Shown: positions 12,586 to 26,357 of the stretch, in pieces
Position numbering within the stretch: position 1 is the stretch's first letter
How the letters are laid out: every line of letters begins with the position of its first letter
Program-made: the position numbers and the translations under genes
Origin: Azolla caroliniana
Lineage: Eukaryota; Plantae; Polypodiophyta
Length of the DNA stretch: 64,000 nucleotides
Reading direction: 5' to 3'
Assembly (NCBI GenBank): GCA_043228905.1
Contig: JBHGNT010000002.1
Span: 6,696,001 to 6,760,000, forward strand
The notes under the pieces: model-generated
Databases searched by the model: none
What the model was told of the DNA's origin: nothing
Seen by the model: only the letters and a program-made list of their open reading frames with translations

Positions 12586-13460
12586 CTAAAGGACTCGGTT
12601 CGATACACAAAAGACTGTGATTTATGTCAACGGATGGGCCAACCAACAGAACATGCAAGGATGCCTCACTAGTCGGTGCTACCCTTAGAGCCATTTCAGA
12701 AATGGGGGTTGGACTTTGTTGGGCCGGTTAAACCTCCGGCAATGAGAACCGGCAACAGATATGTTATAGTCGCCACAGATTATTGCACCAAGTGGTTAGA
12801 AGCCAAGGATTTGTGGAACAAGATTGCGACAGCAACGACAAAGTTCTTATATGAGTACATCTGGTACCGGTATGGATGCCCGATTGAGTTAATTAGCGAC
12901 CAAGGCGGACATTTTCTCAGTCAAGTAGTGGAGAGCTTAACAACATTCTATGCAGTGGTACACAAGCGCAATACCCCTTATTATCCACAGGCCAATGGAC
13001 TGGCCGAATCCACAAACAAAACACTCCAAAACATCTTGCGAAAGATCGTCAATGAAAACCGGACCGATTGGGACACGAAGCTACATAGTGCACTATGGGC
13101 ATACCGGATGACATACAAGACGAGTATTCGGTCAACACCATTCCGGTTAGCATTTGGGCTAGAAGCAGTAATGCCGATCGAATTTCAGGTTCCGAGTTTG
13201 CGGATACAGGTTAGAGAACGACTAAGTGAAAAGGAATCAGAAAAAATCCGGTTAGCCACATTATGCGAACTAGAAGAGCATCGGATAGCGAGTCTTGTGC
13301 GGTTGGAACTGGAGCAGCGACAAAGGAAGGTGTTTGTCAATCGGCATCAGAAAGGCAATGAGAAGATGTTCGGGATCGGCAAGCCGGTACTCGTATTCTA
13401 GACCCGGATGGGTCAGATGCCGAGAAAGCTACAGTTCCGATGGACCGGACCGTATTGGAT

Positions 13461-13898
13461 AACGCGGGAATTCAACGGTTCATACTAGCTCGGAACGCTC
13501 GCCGGTGAGATAATGGACAAATGTTAGGAAACAGGTCCCTCCGGATGGGAAGTGAGAAGAACCGTGTTGATGAGCAACTTGGCTAAGGCCGAAACCGGAA
13601 ATCGTGGAGATAGCCAACACGGAAGGCTAAGTTTGTAAATAGTCGAAAGGTTACATTAGTATATAAGTACTTAGGGCAAAACGCGGGAATTCAACGGTTC
13701 ATACTAGCTCGGAACGCTCGCCGGTGAGATAATGGACAAATGTTAGGAAACAGGTCCCTCCGGATGGGAAGTGAGAAGAACCGTGTTGATGAGCAACTTG
13801 GCTAAGGCCGAAACCGGAAATCGTGGAGATAGCCAACACGGAAGGCTAAGTTTGTAAATAGTCGAAAGGTTACATTAGTATATAAGTACTTTGGGCAA
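13461..13898. repeat. 219-bp tandem duplication spanning the integrase/solo-LTR junction
   Basis: aacgcgggaattcaacgg...gggcaa at 13461-13679 and 13680-13898, nearly identical. Confidence 0.92.
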
Positions 13899-14250
13899 TC
13901 ATGTTAAAGTGTGGGCATTATTGTAAAGTTACAGTTGACGAGGTTGTTGCCTCTGTAACCGTGAGTGTGAACAAGTGTGAGTGGAAGCATGTGAGCTCCA
14001 TAGCCGCCTATTGGCGAAGCAGGATCTCGAGGTCGTTGCCTCTGAGATCTCTGATTGTATTTTCTTTCTCCTATAGTGTTCTGTTTCGGAGTTTGTGGAC
14101 TCCACATGGTTTTTCCCCAGTTCAGGTTTCCACGCTAAAACTCGTGTCATTCTCATTCTCAGTTTCTGTATTTTGTTTTTCCTTTTCATTAGACTACCTA
14201 TTATTCCGCACACGTACAACCGGTTGTGGCCGACAACGATTTTAACTTCA
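13741..14250 (+). mobile_element. Copia-type solo LTR (510 bp)
   Basis: TGTTAG...TTCA with TSD ACAAA; shares ggtccc..ggatggga and cggttgtggccga motifs with the Copia-1/2 LTRs. Confidence 0.88.
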
Positions 14251-14586
14251 ACAAATGGGTCAATGGATTTCGACCCAAACCATATTGTGGACCCATGCCA
14301 TAGAATCCGTTCGAGCAGACGGAGGCTGATGCAACAATAGGAAGCGGTAAACAAGTACCCGACAATCAGGCGGAGCCGGCGTTACCGGATAGCGACAAAG
14401 AGGTGGCCGGCAAACATGAATTTGGGAAAAACCGGGATACAGACCCGGTGCTTCTGGTTAACTAAAACTCAACTTGTAAAAAAAGAAAAAGAAAAAAGAA
14501 AAGTCATCATGCATAGGCGAGGAGCGAATGGGCACTTTGAAAAGGTGTGGTGGGTGGCTAATTAAATCCTCTTTAAAAGCACACCA

Positions 14587-17500
14587 TGTTGGGATTACGG
14601 TTCCTCCGGATGGGATGGTCGGATGTCCGGGAATCGGGAATGAAGACCCGGATCCGGATGATGAAGACCCCGGCTACGGAGCCGGATGATGAAAACCCCG
14701 GCTACGGAGCCGGATGACGAATGTACCCGGAGAGAGATCCGGATGCGGGGACATATTTGTGAATATGTTTGCCAAGGGCCCTTGAGGCTATATTTGTAAA
14801 TAGCCCGAAAGTCATATGTGTATAAATATGACTTAGGGCAAACTGTTTAGGGTTGCTGGCTGTATGTTGTTGCCTATTGTGTATTGCCACTCGTATGTGT
14901 GAGAGTGAAGAGAGCAGCCGAGAGAGAGAGAGTGAGAGAGAGAGACGAAGAGGTCGTTGCCTCTGTGTATTACCGCCGCCTGTGGCGAAGACAGTGAGCT
15001 CAAGGTTGTTGCCTTGTAGCTTCACCATTGTACATCTCTGTTTATAGTGATAGTTGGAGTCTGAGGACTCCCGTGGTTTTTCCCATTTAGGGTTTTCCAC
15101 GTAAAACATCCTGTGTACTCTTCTCTCTATTGTCTTCGTGCATCTTGTACATCCTGTTTTCTGTGAGTTGATCCTATTCCTCGGTTGTGGCCGAGCACTA
15201 TGTGGTTAACAAGTGGTATTAGAGCAAGGTTAACACAGAAAATGGAAGGCGGCGGTAGTGGGCCTCCGGGCATGATGGTGTTGAACTCACAGAACTACGC
15301 CGACTGGAAGATAAAGATGGAAGACCTTCTCATCGCCCGAGACCTGTACGAACCGATCGACAATGCCGACATACCCAAGGGGGTAATAGAGTCAGAGTTG
15401 AAGCTCCTAAACCGGAAACCGTAGCGACGATCCGGCAATATGTCGATGTAAGTGTTCCGCAACATGTGGCAAACGATACGAACGCCTATGAGATGTGGCA
15501 GAAGCTGTCCGGACTGTATGAGAGGAAGAATGCTCTGACCCGGACCTCCCTGATGAGGAAGATAGTGAATCTTAAGTACCGGGACGGCGAGAGCATGGTC
15601 GAACACGTCAGCACGTTCATGGGATTCGTGAACCAGCTTGCGGCGATCAAGTTCCCGTTGGAAGACGCAATGCAAGCCATCATGCTGATGTGTACCCTTC
15701 CGGAGAGCTGGGAGAATCAGCACCTCCTGTAAGGAAGAGAACTTGTCTTTACTAACGGTAAAGACAAGTATTCTAAATGAAGAAGCGCGTCGGAGAGATA
15801 AAGAACCGGCCTCCGACTCGAAGGCGCTGTTTACCGAATCGGAACGGGGAAGACAACGGAACCGGAGTCCGCAAAGACGGGAGAAGTCGGGGACACGGTC
15901 GCAGTCGAGGGGAAGACCTACATGCTTCTCCTGTGGGAAGCCGGGGCACTTCCAGAAGAACTGTCGGCATTTCCGGAAAGACACCGGAACCGACGGTACC
16001 GATTCGAAGAAGTCACCGGAGCGAAACGGTGCATACCGGGGAGCCACGGACCGGAGAGGTCCGGATCGGCGAGGGCAGGACCGGAAAGGAACGACGGCAC
16101 TCGCGGCAAGTGAAGAAGAGATAATGCTCATTACCGAAGAGAGGGAGCTGAACCTTGCCGGTGAAGAGATGACCTGGGTGGTCGATTCCGGAGCGTCGTT
16201 CCACCTGACCCCGGAGAAGAAATACTTCTCATCCTACACAGCCGGTGAGCACGGCTGTGTCCGGATGGGAAATGAAGGTACATGCCGGATTGCCGGCATA
16301 GGAGACGTGTGGCTGATGACATCAACCGGATGCAAGATGCTGCTGAAGGATGTTCGACACGTTCCGGAGGTTCGATTGAACCTGATTTCGGCCGGGAGGC
16401 TAGACGATGAAGGCTACACGGGTAGCATCCGGAACGGTGTCATGAAGTTCAGCAAAGGGAGCCTAATAGTGGCTCGGGCCCGGAAGGTCAACACACTGTA
16501 CCTGATGAATTCCCGGCTATGTCCGGAGGAGCTGAACGTGGCAGCTGACACTACCGGTGAGCTGTGGCACAAGAGACTGTGCCACATGAGCGAGAAGGGG
16601 ATGAAGAGGCTTGCCGAAGACAACCTAATACCGGTAAAGCACGTACACCTGGGGAAGTGTACCGACTGTCTGGCCGGTAAGCAAAACCGAACCTCCTTCC
16701 GCTCAAGACCACCGACGAGACGTAGCGCACCATTGGAGTTGGTGCACACTGACGTGTGTCAAGTAGAAACGAAGTCACATGGCGAAGCCCAGTACTTCGT
16801 GACATTCATTGATGACCACAGCCGGAAGCTGTGGACGGCACCGTTGAAGACAAAGGACCAAGTGTTGTGCGTCTTCAAAGAACTCCACGCGAGAGTGGAA
16901 AGGGAATCCGGCAAGAAGCTGAAAGCGATACGAGCGGATAACGGAGGGGAATACCGGGGGCAGTTTGAGGAGTACTGTCGCTCAAAGGGAATCCGGCTCG
17001 AGTTTACTGTGCCGAAGACGCCGGAACTGAACGGGCTGGCCGAGAGGATGAACCGGACCATAATGGAGAGGGTCCGGAGTATGCTGGCGCATGCGAAATT
17101 ACCCAAGGGGTTTTGGGCTGAGGCAATGTCGACGGCGACATACGTGATAAACAGATCACCCTCAGTACCTTTGGACGGAGACACGCCGCAGAGAGTGTGG
17201 ACCGGTAGGGAAGTATCCTACCGGCATCTGAAGGTGTTCGGGTGTCTCGCATACGTGCATGTGGCAAAGGACCGGAGAGGAAAGTTAGATCCAAAGACCC
17301 GGCCATGCATATTCCTCGGTTACGGCGACGACGAGTTCGGCTACCGAGTATGGGACCCGGTCGACAAAAAGATATTCCGGAGTCGTGATATCATCTTCAT
17401 GGAGGACAAGACACTCGCCGACTGGGAGTCGGAGAAGAAGATGAAGAGCTCCAAGTCGACCGGTGAGGATCAACTCTACGAGGAGCAGTCCCGACCGGCA

Positions 17501-19968
17501 AGAGACCGGTCAGCACTCGAGGATCCGACCGAAGACGGTGAAGAAACAGAACCGGCCGAGGAAGATGAAACTGATACTGGAACCAGCCCCGATCCCGAAA
17601 TGGATTCGGATGAAGAGGAAACGGAGGAGCCGGTTACCGAAACTCCGGAACGGAGATATCCTCTAAGAGAGAGAAGGGCCCCCCGGAGATTTCCGGAACC
17701 AGAGCACGTGCTGCTAACCGACGAGGGGGAGCCGGAGAGTTTTGAAGAAGCTAAGCTTGACACCCATAGCCGCAAGTGGTTAAGTGCCATGCAGGAGGAG
17801 ATGGATTCCCTGCATGAGAACCACACATATGAACTTGTGGAGTTGTCGAAAGGAAAGCGGGCACTTCGAAACAAGTGGGTGTTCAAGCTGAAACCGGGAG
17901 ATGCCGGAAACCCCCCGAGATACAAAGCCAGGATCGTGGTGAAGGGGTTCCAGCAGAAAAAGGGCGTCGACTTCGACGAGATATTTGCCCTGGTAGTGAA
18001 GATGACCTCCATCCGGACGGTGCTGAGCATAGCGGCAAGCATGGACCTCGAGGTAGAACAGATGGACGTGAAGACGGCATTCCTTCACGGTGACCTCGAA
18101 GAAGAGATCTACATGCAGCAACCGGAAGGATTCGAGAAGAAAGGGAAGGAGCACCTGGTATGCCGGTTGAAGAAGAGCCTTTACGGACTGAAGCAGGCTC
18201 CCCGGCAATGGTACCGGAAGTTCGACTCTTTCATGACCGACGAAGGGTACCACAAAACGCAGTCCGATCACTGCGTGTTTGTGAAGAAGTTCGAAGGAGG
18301 AGACTTTCTAATACTCCTCCTGTACGTGGACGACATGTTGATCGTCGGACGGGACCAGGTCAAGATACGGATGCTGAAGAAAGCGCTTCACCGAACCTTC
18401 TCAATGAAGGACCTGGGTCCGGCGAGGCAAATACTAGGGATGCACATCATCCGGGACCGGAAGAAGAAGCAGTTGTGGCTGTCACAGGAGAAGTACGTGA
18501 CAAAGGTGCTTCACCGGTTCAACATGTCGGAAGCAAGACCGGTCGGGTCAACCCTCCCGGGAAACTGCAAGTTGTCCAGCAAGCAAAGCCCCAAGACAAA
18601 GGCTGAGAAGGAGGACATGATGAAAGTACCATATGCCTCTGCCGTCGGAAGCTTGATGTACGCAATGGTGTGTACAAGACCGGACATAGGATATGCAGTC
18701 GGAGTGGTGAGCCGGTACATGAGCAATCCCGGCAAAGAACACTGGAACGCGGCCAAGTGGATACTCCGATACCTGAAGGGCATGGCAAACGTGTGCCTCC
18801 GATTCGGCTCCGGTAAGCCCGAACTCGACGGCTTTACCGATTCGGATATGTCGGCTGATGCAGATACCAGCCGGTCCACATCAGGGTATGTGATGACGTA
18901 TGCAGGGGGAGCTGTTTCGTGGCAGTCGAGGCTGCAGAAGACGGTTGCGTTGTCAACCACGGAGGCGGAGTACATGGCGGTTGTTGAAGCCGGCAAGGAA
19001 CTAATATGGATGAAGGACTTCATTAGAGAGCTCGGTATCCGGCAGGAGGAGTACCGACTCTACTGCGACAGTTAGAGTGCCATCCACCTTGCCAAGAACG
19101 CGGCCTATCACTCCCGGACGAAGCACATCCAGCGAAGATATCACTGGATCCGGGAAAGGATAGAAGACCAGGAGTTCGTGCTGACGAATATCCACATGGA
19201 CGAGAACGGGTCAGATATGCTAACCAAAGTGCTCACACCCGACAAGCTGGAAGCGTGCCGGAAGAGGGTCGGACTGGAAAGACATCCCATGCCGAAGTGA
19301 AGGGGGAGTTTGTTGGAATTACGGTTCCTCCGGATGGGATGGTCGGATGTCCGGGAATCGGGAATGAAGACCCGGTTCCGGATCCGGATGATGAAGACCC
19401 GGTTCCGGATCCGGATGATGAAGACCCCGGCTACGGAGCCGGATGATGAAAACCCCGGCTACGGAGCCGGATGACGAATGTACCCGGAGAGAGATCCGGA
19501 TGCGGGGACATATTTGTGAATATGTTTGCCAAGGGCCCTTGAGGCTATATTTGTAAATAGCCCGAAAGTCATATGTGTATAAATATGACTTAGGGCAAAC
19601 TGTTTAGGGTTGCTGGCTGTATGTTGTTGCCTATTGTGTATTGCCACTCGTATGTGTGAGAGTGAAGAGAGCAGCCGAGAGAGAGAGAGTGAGAGAGAGA
19701 GACGAAGAGGTCGTTGCCTCTGTGTATTACCGCCGCCTGTGGCGAAGACAGTGAGCTCAAGGTTGTTGCCTTGTAGCTTCACCATTGTACATCTCTGTTT
19801 ATAGTGATAGTTGGAGTCTGAGGACTCCCGTGGTTTTTCCCATTTAGGGTTTTCCACGTAAAACATCCTGTGTACTCTTCTCTCTATTGTCTTCATGCAT
19901 CTTGTACATCCTGTTTTCTGTGAGTTGATCCTATTCCTCGGTTGTGGCCGAGCACTATGTGGTTAACA
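14587..19968 (+). mobile_element. Full-length Copia-2 (same internal family as Copia-1, different LTR variant)
   Basis: LTRs 14587-15211 and 19311-19968; TSD CACCA; PBS TGGTATTAGAGC at 15214-15225; PPT before 19311. Confidence 0.97.
15242..19300 (+). pseudogene. Copia-2 gag-pol with gag frameshifts (~15417, ~15718) and TAG at 19073-19075
   Basis: 1110-aa ORF 15743-19075 carries zinc knuckle, PR, INT, RT and most of RH, colinear with Copia-1. Confidence 0.95.
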
Positions 19969-20009
19969 CACCACGTGTCAACGGACTGCTATGTTAGTAC
20001 AAGACGTGC

Positions 20010-21316
20010 ATGCGCGGGAATCAAGAAAAGGCGCCATGCATGGAGAAAGAAAACCTCCACCGCGCAGAGTCCCTTTCATTTTGTGAACACAGAGTTCTCA
20101 GCGCACATAGGCGATTACGAGTGATCAGGCAAGAGCAAGCAGAACACATAGGCGCACTAATCCTACCACAATCTATTGACTCCGACAACAACATGGAATG
20201 CATGGTACTCTCAGAAGCGGCCAAGAAATGGCTTAAGCAACACGGCCTGGAGGGATTCTTGAGGATAGTCGAAGCACCGCCTCACGGGGATGCGGAAAAT
20301 GTCGTCAAAGACATCGACACGGAGGTCATCACCGAAGAAGCCATCCGAGCCCTGACCAGCTTACCGGAAGGGGGAATATACTCGATCGACAACCCTTCAC
20401 AGGGGCTGTTGATGTGGTATTTCGGAGAATACTCCCTAGGCAGTAAGGCGTATCGCACGCAAGGTGGTGAAGACCTATTGTTTCAAGAAATTGCTCGGGT
20501 ACTCCACAAGTATGGTCATGTATACCCCCGACCACCGGCAATGCCCAGGAATAGAGCCGGTTTGATCATAGCCACCTACGAGGGAGTACAGGTGGATTGG
20601 TCGGTAATGATCGTCGACGGCCTGAGCGTTGTCATCGTCTCAATAACAGATGGCAAAAAGATGTGGACAATGGTAGCACCATGGCTCACTCTGTTAGCAC
20701 TACCGGTGGAGTCCATCAAACAAAGGAAGCGGGGAAGACCGACAGAATCGACCCCTAAAACAGCTTCAAAACGGCAACAACTCCTAGCTACCTAGACATT
20801 ACGTTGGAAGGAGGCCGACACTTCACAAAAGGCGAAGGAGCAGCCTAATAGGAAGCAGTAGGCAGAGAAGGAGGCATCGGTGGATACCCCGGTGAGACCT
20901 GTGAAAATCAAGTTGCGCTAGACGGAACAATAAGTACAACAACAGCCGAACAAACCACAGGGGCAGGACCCCTTGGCGGTGTTAATCAATAGCAAGACCC
21001 TGGAGGAAGAAAAGCAGGAAGACGAGCCTACCAAGACTCTCTTACGTCGTCGATAGACAAGTGACAAGGTCCACAAAGGGGAGAAATCAATTTTGATGGA
21101 AGACATTATACTGAAACCCATCCCTGAGGATCCCCAGCCAAGGAAGGCGTCAGAACTGGTTCAACAAGAATCGGTGGCACAAGAATCGGTGCGGTAGGAC
21201 ATAGCACAATCAACGGGCCAGGACACAGTAGTACCGGTGGATCAAGAACCGGTCATTAAATTGTCGGTGTCACCACCGCAATAGCAACAGCTAGAACCGG
21301 AGTGGCCGCTTGACGT
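20010..21316 (+). pseudogene. Extra ORF (N-terminal part) in the 3' region of the non-chromovirus Gypsy host element
   Basis: 261-aa ORF (HGLEGFL..ITEEAIRALTSLP..VDWS) followed by stop-interrupted K/E/Q/P-rich sequence; lies downstream of the integrase once Copia-2 is removed. Confidence 0.6.
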
Positions 21317-22215
21317 TGTCATAGTGTAATTCGCACACTACGTGAAAAATTACATTTTTGGTCTCTCCGGATAGGACATGGAGTACCCGGTGAGAACCGG
21401 AAGAAGGAACTGATAAGGACCGAAACCGGTAAGGAGACTCGGCAAGAGCTGGATGCAGAAGGCCGATGAGAGTCAGTGAGAAACGGACGAAGAGATCGGT
21501 AAGGAGGTCCCGATAAGAACCGGACAAAGAAAACTAGCAAGCACCGGATGAAGCAGAACCGGAAAGAGCCGGATGAAGAAGGCCGGTGAGAGTCTCTCAC
21601 CGGATGTAGAGACATATTTGTAAATAGAAGAAAGTATAAAAATATATATATTACATGCATAGGGCAAGATTCGAACCTTGCACCTCCATGTTAATAATGT
21701 TAAGCCTTATCATTATACTAGCGTATTATGAATTTTAAAGTTATACTAAACTTTATCCCATGTAAAATTTCTAGACATGCATGGTACAAAAAGTTATTCA
21801 TGCGTAGACACTCGAGTTAAAAGAAAAGATGAGATAGAAAGCTAATCATGCACATGCAATGTGCATGACAACTAAAGATAGGAAAAGCATGATGCTTGCA
21901 TGTGATAAACTTAGACTCTTCCAACAATATATAAGGAAGAGAGAAAGATGTATAGATGTTGTTGATTATTTTACAAGGGTTGATTAATATAATATAATCG
22001 TGGGATCCACGAATTTGCTAACTATTATTCTCTCTTAATTTGAGTACTCACTAATACACTATACTCGTGGGATTCACGAGTTTTGCATATCTTTCTTTCT
22101 CACAATATATTTCACATTCTTAATTGCCTTAGAATTTTCCTTCCTCCTAGTCCAAAACCCCAGTGGTTCCCACCCGACTCACGCAACGATCCTGAGCCGA
22201 AAGGCACGACACAAG

Positions 22216-22232
22216 TGGTGAACCCGACGTGA
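22216..22232 (+). promoter_or_regulatory. Primer-binding site complementary to the plant tRNA-Trp 3' end
   Basis: Reverse complement TCACGTCGGGTTCACCA matches the plant tRNA-Trp acceptor end plus CCA (from recall); same site at 7530, 33141, 39976-39992 (-), 41219 and 45116. Confidence 0.85.
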
Positions 22233-25200
22233 ACACGGGTGGCAAGGAGGTAAAAAATCAACCGGAGGCTAAAAACATGATGATAATGTTTGAGCGGATG
22301 CTTCAGGAACAACGTGCGATGTCGGAGATAGCGGCGGCAGTAGAGCGGCTCGTGCAACGGATCGGGTAATTCAACGGAAAGGACGTATCACGCTATCTTC
22401 GGGACTACAAGGCGAAAATGCTACGATGCGGGATTTCGGAAGGACTGCAAGTGGCATCCTTCAACCGGGTGGCTACCGACGGGCTTCAAGCAAGTATCCA
22501 CGGGCTACGACAACAAAATCCGACGTGGGAAGTGTTTGAAGAGGCGCTAAAGACCACGTTCACTATCGAGGACTCCTCCAAGGCAACGCGGAGAGGATTC
22601 GAGGATTGGGTAGAAACGCCGGACAAGGGGATGAAGGTCCTCGATGTGTTCTCGGCATTCGAAAGTCGGTTCGGGAGGTTGTCTGTGAGAGATCAAGCTA
22701 TCCTCTCACCGGACAAAGTTATCATGTTCTTACGAGCCGTAGACGTCCGGGACCGGAAGGATCTTGGAGTGCTTCTAGAGGACACGAATACCGTGAGTGG
22801 CCTCACCGAAACATGGGAAAGCGTGCGGGATATCCTCACACGATACACAAAGAGGGGGCAATGGCTTACCAACGAAGAAAAGAGGGTTTCAGAACCGATT
22901 CCGAAACCGAGATCCGGATTGGAAGACCATCAACCGCGGGCTCGGGAAGCTACAACTGAGAAGGGAATCGACGCAACTACGGTGGAGCAGTTGCTGAAGG
23001 AGATGGAGAATCTAAAAATTGCGATGGTGAAGAAGTCGAATGACCATCCCACAAGTTCCAAGTATATGGACCGTCGATGCATATGGTGCGATAGCACCAA
23101 ACATGATCGGAGGGATTGCGACGAGCACAAGGAAGCGCTACGACAGGATCTTATCTACTACGAGGGAAATTGGATTCATTCGATGGACTCTCAGAAGCTG
23201 CTCCGACCGAACTTCCGAAAAGGTGGCATGAAGAAGGTCCTAGAGGAGGAAATAGCGGCGAAGAACAATTACGCGACAACCGCGGGAATACGTGTCGGGG
23301 AGTCATCGGGAGCAAAGGTGTATTTTTGGTCGGAAGTGCTAGAGAACACCGAGAAAACCGACTCTAACGAGATCCGAAGCACCGCGGAAGGCATCCAGGA
23401 AGCTACGGGATGGGAATAGTGTGTTTGCTTTATGCCAATTGCATGAAGTGTATGTAGATGAGAAGCGATGGTGCACGGATGAGGCGGCTGGTCCATCAAA
23501 GACACCGGGAAGCTGGAACTCCGGAGGTAAGGGAAAAGAAAAGATGATTACGGCATTCAAGCTCGCCTCGGACATCGAACAACAAACGGATTTGAAAAAG
23601 GTGTTCGAGGAGAGAATCCTCGATAGCCGGGTAGATTTTTTGCCTCGAGAATTACTCGGAATAGAGAGGGAGTTTCACGATCTTCTTGTGGATCTTGTGA
23701 AGAGAAAAAGGAAAAGTACGGAGGAGAACGCTCCAAGGGTGAATGCAAATACCGTTCTAATGAGTGACACCGAATTGGAGGACGAAATACCGAATTCTCA
23801 CTAGACAAAGCCACACTGGGCATGCGCAACTACGGAGACTCCGGTCCGAATCGGTAACATCAAAGAACCCATGCTAGCATTGATTGATCACGGATCGGAG
23901 ATCAACTTGATGTCCAAGGAATTCTACTGAAAGGGTTAGTGGCCTATTAACATGAATCATGGGTGGAAGATCCGGGCGGCCACTAAAGCAACGGAAGATC
24001 TATTTGGGACTTGTCTGGATGTGACAGTGAAGATCGGGGATGTCGAGATCAACCAAAATTTCTTCGTACAAGACGAGGTCTCACACTCCGTGATCCTCGG
24101 GCAACCTTTTATCACGGCATCACGGATGGAGACGAAGGTGCTCGATAGCGGTGCGGCTTTTGTGCGAATTCGGAGCCAAAACAGAGGGAAATCCGTCCAA
24201 TTCCTAACAGTGCCGGCAAATCATGAAAGGAACAAGAGAGAGCTCTTTGTCCCAAAAAAGAATGGATTTTTAGAGCGGACTGTTGTGGAGTGGGGAAGTG
24301 ATAGTCCGGGTGGAGTCGGTCGAGATGCACGAGATCATTGTGAAAATGGGGCCGTATGCGCTCCGCAAAGAAGAAGCAATGGTAAGTACGACATACAAGA
24401 CCGTGGAGAAGAAAGTGAAACCGGCCGCGGAACCGTTACCCGCAGATAGCGAACAAAAGAGGAAAGAAGTCTCGGGGGATCCGACACTTCGGAATTCCAT
24501 GGATATGAGACATGCCTTCACGGATGAGACCCGGAAGAAACTTTGGATCTGTGGAGGTGGGTTCCTATTAAAGAATGAAGAAGAACGATTCCGTGGGATG
24601 CTAGAGCGACATGGGAGAGCATTTGCATTTACATCGAAAGAAATAGGATGCACTAACCCGAAGATAGTGGAGCTGATGGTGATCTTCACGATTGACCATG
24701 TACCGTGGAACCTGAAGCCGATTCCAGTGCCACGGGTGCATATTCCGAAAATCATCGACTTGCTCAAGGAGAAGGTGGTGATGGCGATTCTAGAGCCATC
24801 AAGTGCTCCGTACTCAAATCGATGGTTTACGGTTCTGAAGAAGAATGGGTCACTCCGATTTATTCAAGATTTGCAACTGGTGAACAAGGTCACGATCCGG
24901 AACTCCGGAGTCGGTCCGATAGTGGACGAATTTGCGGAAGCATTTTCCGGTCGCCGATATACTCCATCAGAGACCTGTACTCTGGATATGACCAATTCCA
25001 ACTAGTTGTGAAGAACCGAGACATCACTACCATGCGGACACCGATAGGATTAGTCCGGATGTGTACGCTACCACAAGGTGCGACGAACTCAGTCGCACAT
25101 ATGATGAATACGATGAACAAGGTGCTCCGGGATTGCATACCGGAGATAATGATGCCGTTCCTAGATGACATTCCGATGAAAGGATGTGCAGTGGAAGAAA

Positions 25201-25653
25201 AAGATGAAGCTATGGATGAACGGGGATGCCGAAGGTTTGTAGTCAACCATATCCATGATTGTGAGAAAGTGTTACGGAAGTTAGAAGATGTGCATCTAAC
25301 ACTTTCCGGAGAGAAATCAACATTCGGACAAGAAGAAATATTGGTAGTCGGACATCTATGTGGGCCCTACGGCCGAAGACCGTCACCAACCAAGATCGAT
25401 GCAATTCAAGCTATGAAAGAAGTATGTGAGTCACAATCCGAAGTTCGAAGGTTTCTGGGAGCATGTGCATTCTACCACATATGGATTTCGCACTATGGAC
25501 ATATAGCGGACCCACTCTATCACTTGTTGCAGAAGGATAAGAAGTTTGAATGGAAACCGGAGCATACCAAAGCCATGAAGAAGCTCAAGAAATCACTATG
25601 GAGGGCAGAAGCACTAAAGAATCCGAGCTATGACCAACCGATCATAGTAACGG

Positions 25654-26357
25654 TGTCGTAGTGTATTCCACACACTACGTAAAAACCATAAAATAATATA
25701 TCCGAATTTAGATACATATAAATAAATAAATAATATATCAAAAGAATTTATCACATGCATAGGGCAAGATTCAAACATTGCACCTCCACCTAGATAAACC
25801 CCAACTTTACCATTGTAATAACTTATCTTTAGTGTTATAAATATAGATTTAATACGTATAAGACCTTTATTTACACATACCTTTATTAAAAGGTAAAAAT
25901 CATGTATTCTTTAGAGTGTGAATATTTTATTTACACGTGACATTAAAAGTGACTCATGCACATCTAGCGTGCACGAGCCCTATATTTAGGAAATGACAAA
26001 ACATCACATGCACATTTAGTGTGCATGGGCACTTTAGGTGAAAAAGCATGAAGCCATGCTTAGCCTCTTCCATCTTTATATAAGGAGGAGAAAAATATGT
26101 ATATGGTTGTTGATTAATATACAAGGTTGGATCAATCTAATATATTCGTGGGATTCACGAATTTTGCCATCCAATTGCTCTTATAATCTAAATATTGTTT
26201 TAATTACACTAAACTCGTGGGAATCACGAGATTGCTATCTTACTTCTCTTTCCACTATTCATATCTAGCCTTAAGTTGTATTCCTCTTCCTCCTAGTCAA
26301 AAACCTCGGCGGTTCCCACCCGACTCACGCAACGATCCGGAGCCGAAGGGCACGACA
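25654..26357 (+). mobile_element. Solo LTR of a related Trp-family element inside the Gypsy-W1 RNase H
   Basis: TGTCGTAG...CACGACA; 4-bp TSD ACGG/ATGG; removing it restores IIVTVDTS. Confidence 0.9.

Larger units (their letters stand above)
12586..14330 (+). pseudogene. Non-chromovirus Gypsy integrase (Athila/Tat-like), interrupted by a solo LTR
   Basis: CDLCQR, PFQKWGLDFVGP, ISDQGGHF, YYPQANGLAE, RWTGPY; DK|WVNGFR is split by the insert. Confidence 0.9.

Noticed and set aside
20010-20795. Envelope gene
   Set aside because: No signal peptide or clear transmembrane helix is visible; kept only as an extra ORF of unknown function
22216-22232. tRNA-Trp gene
   Set aside because: Only the 17-nt complement including CCA, next to an LTR: a PBS, with no cloverleaf
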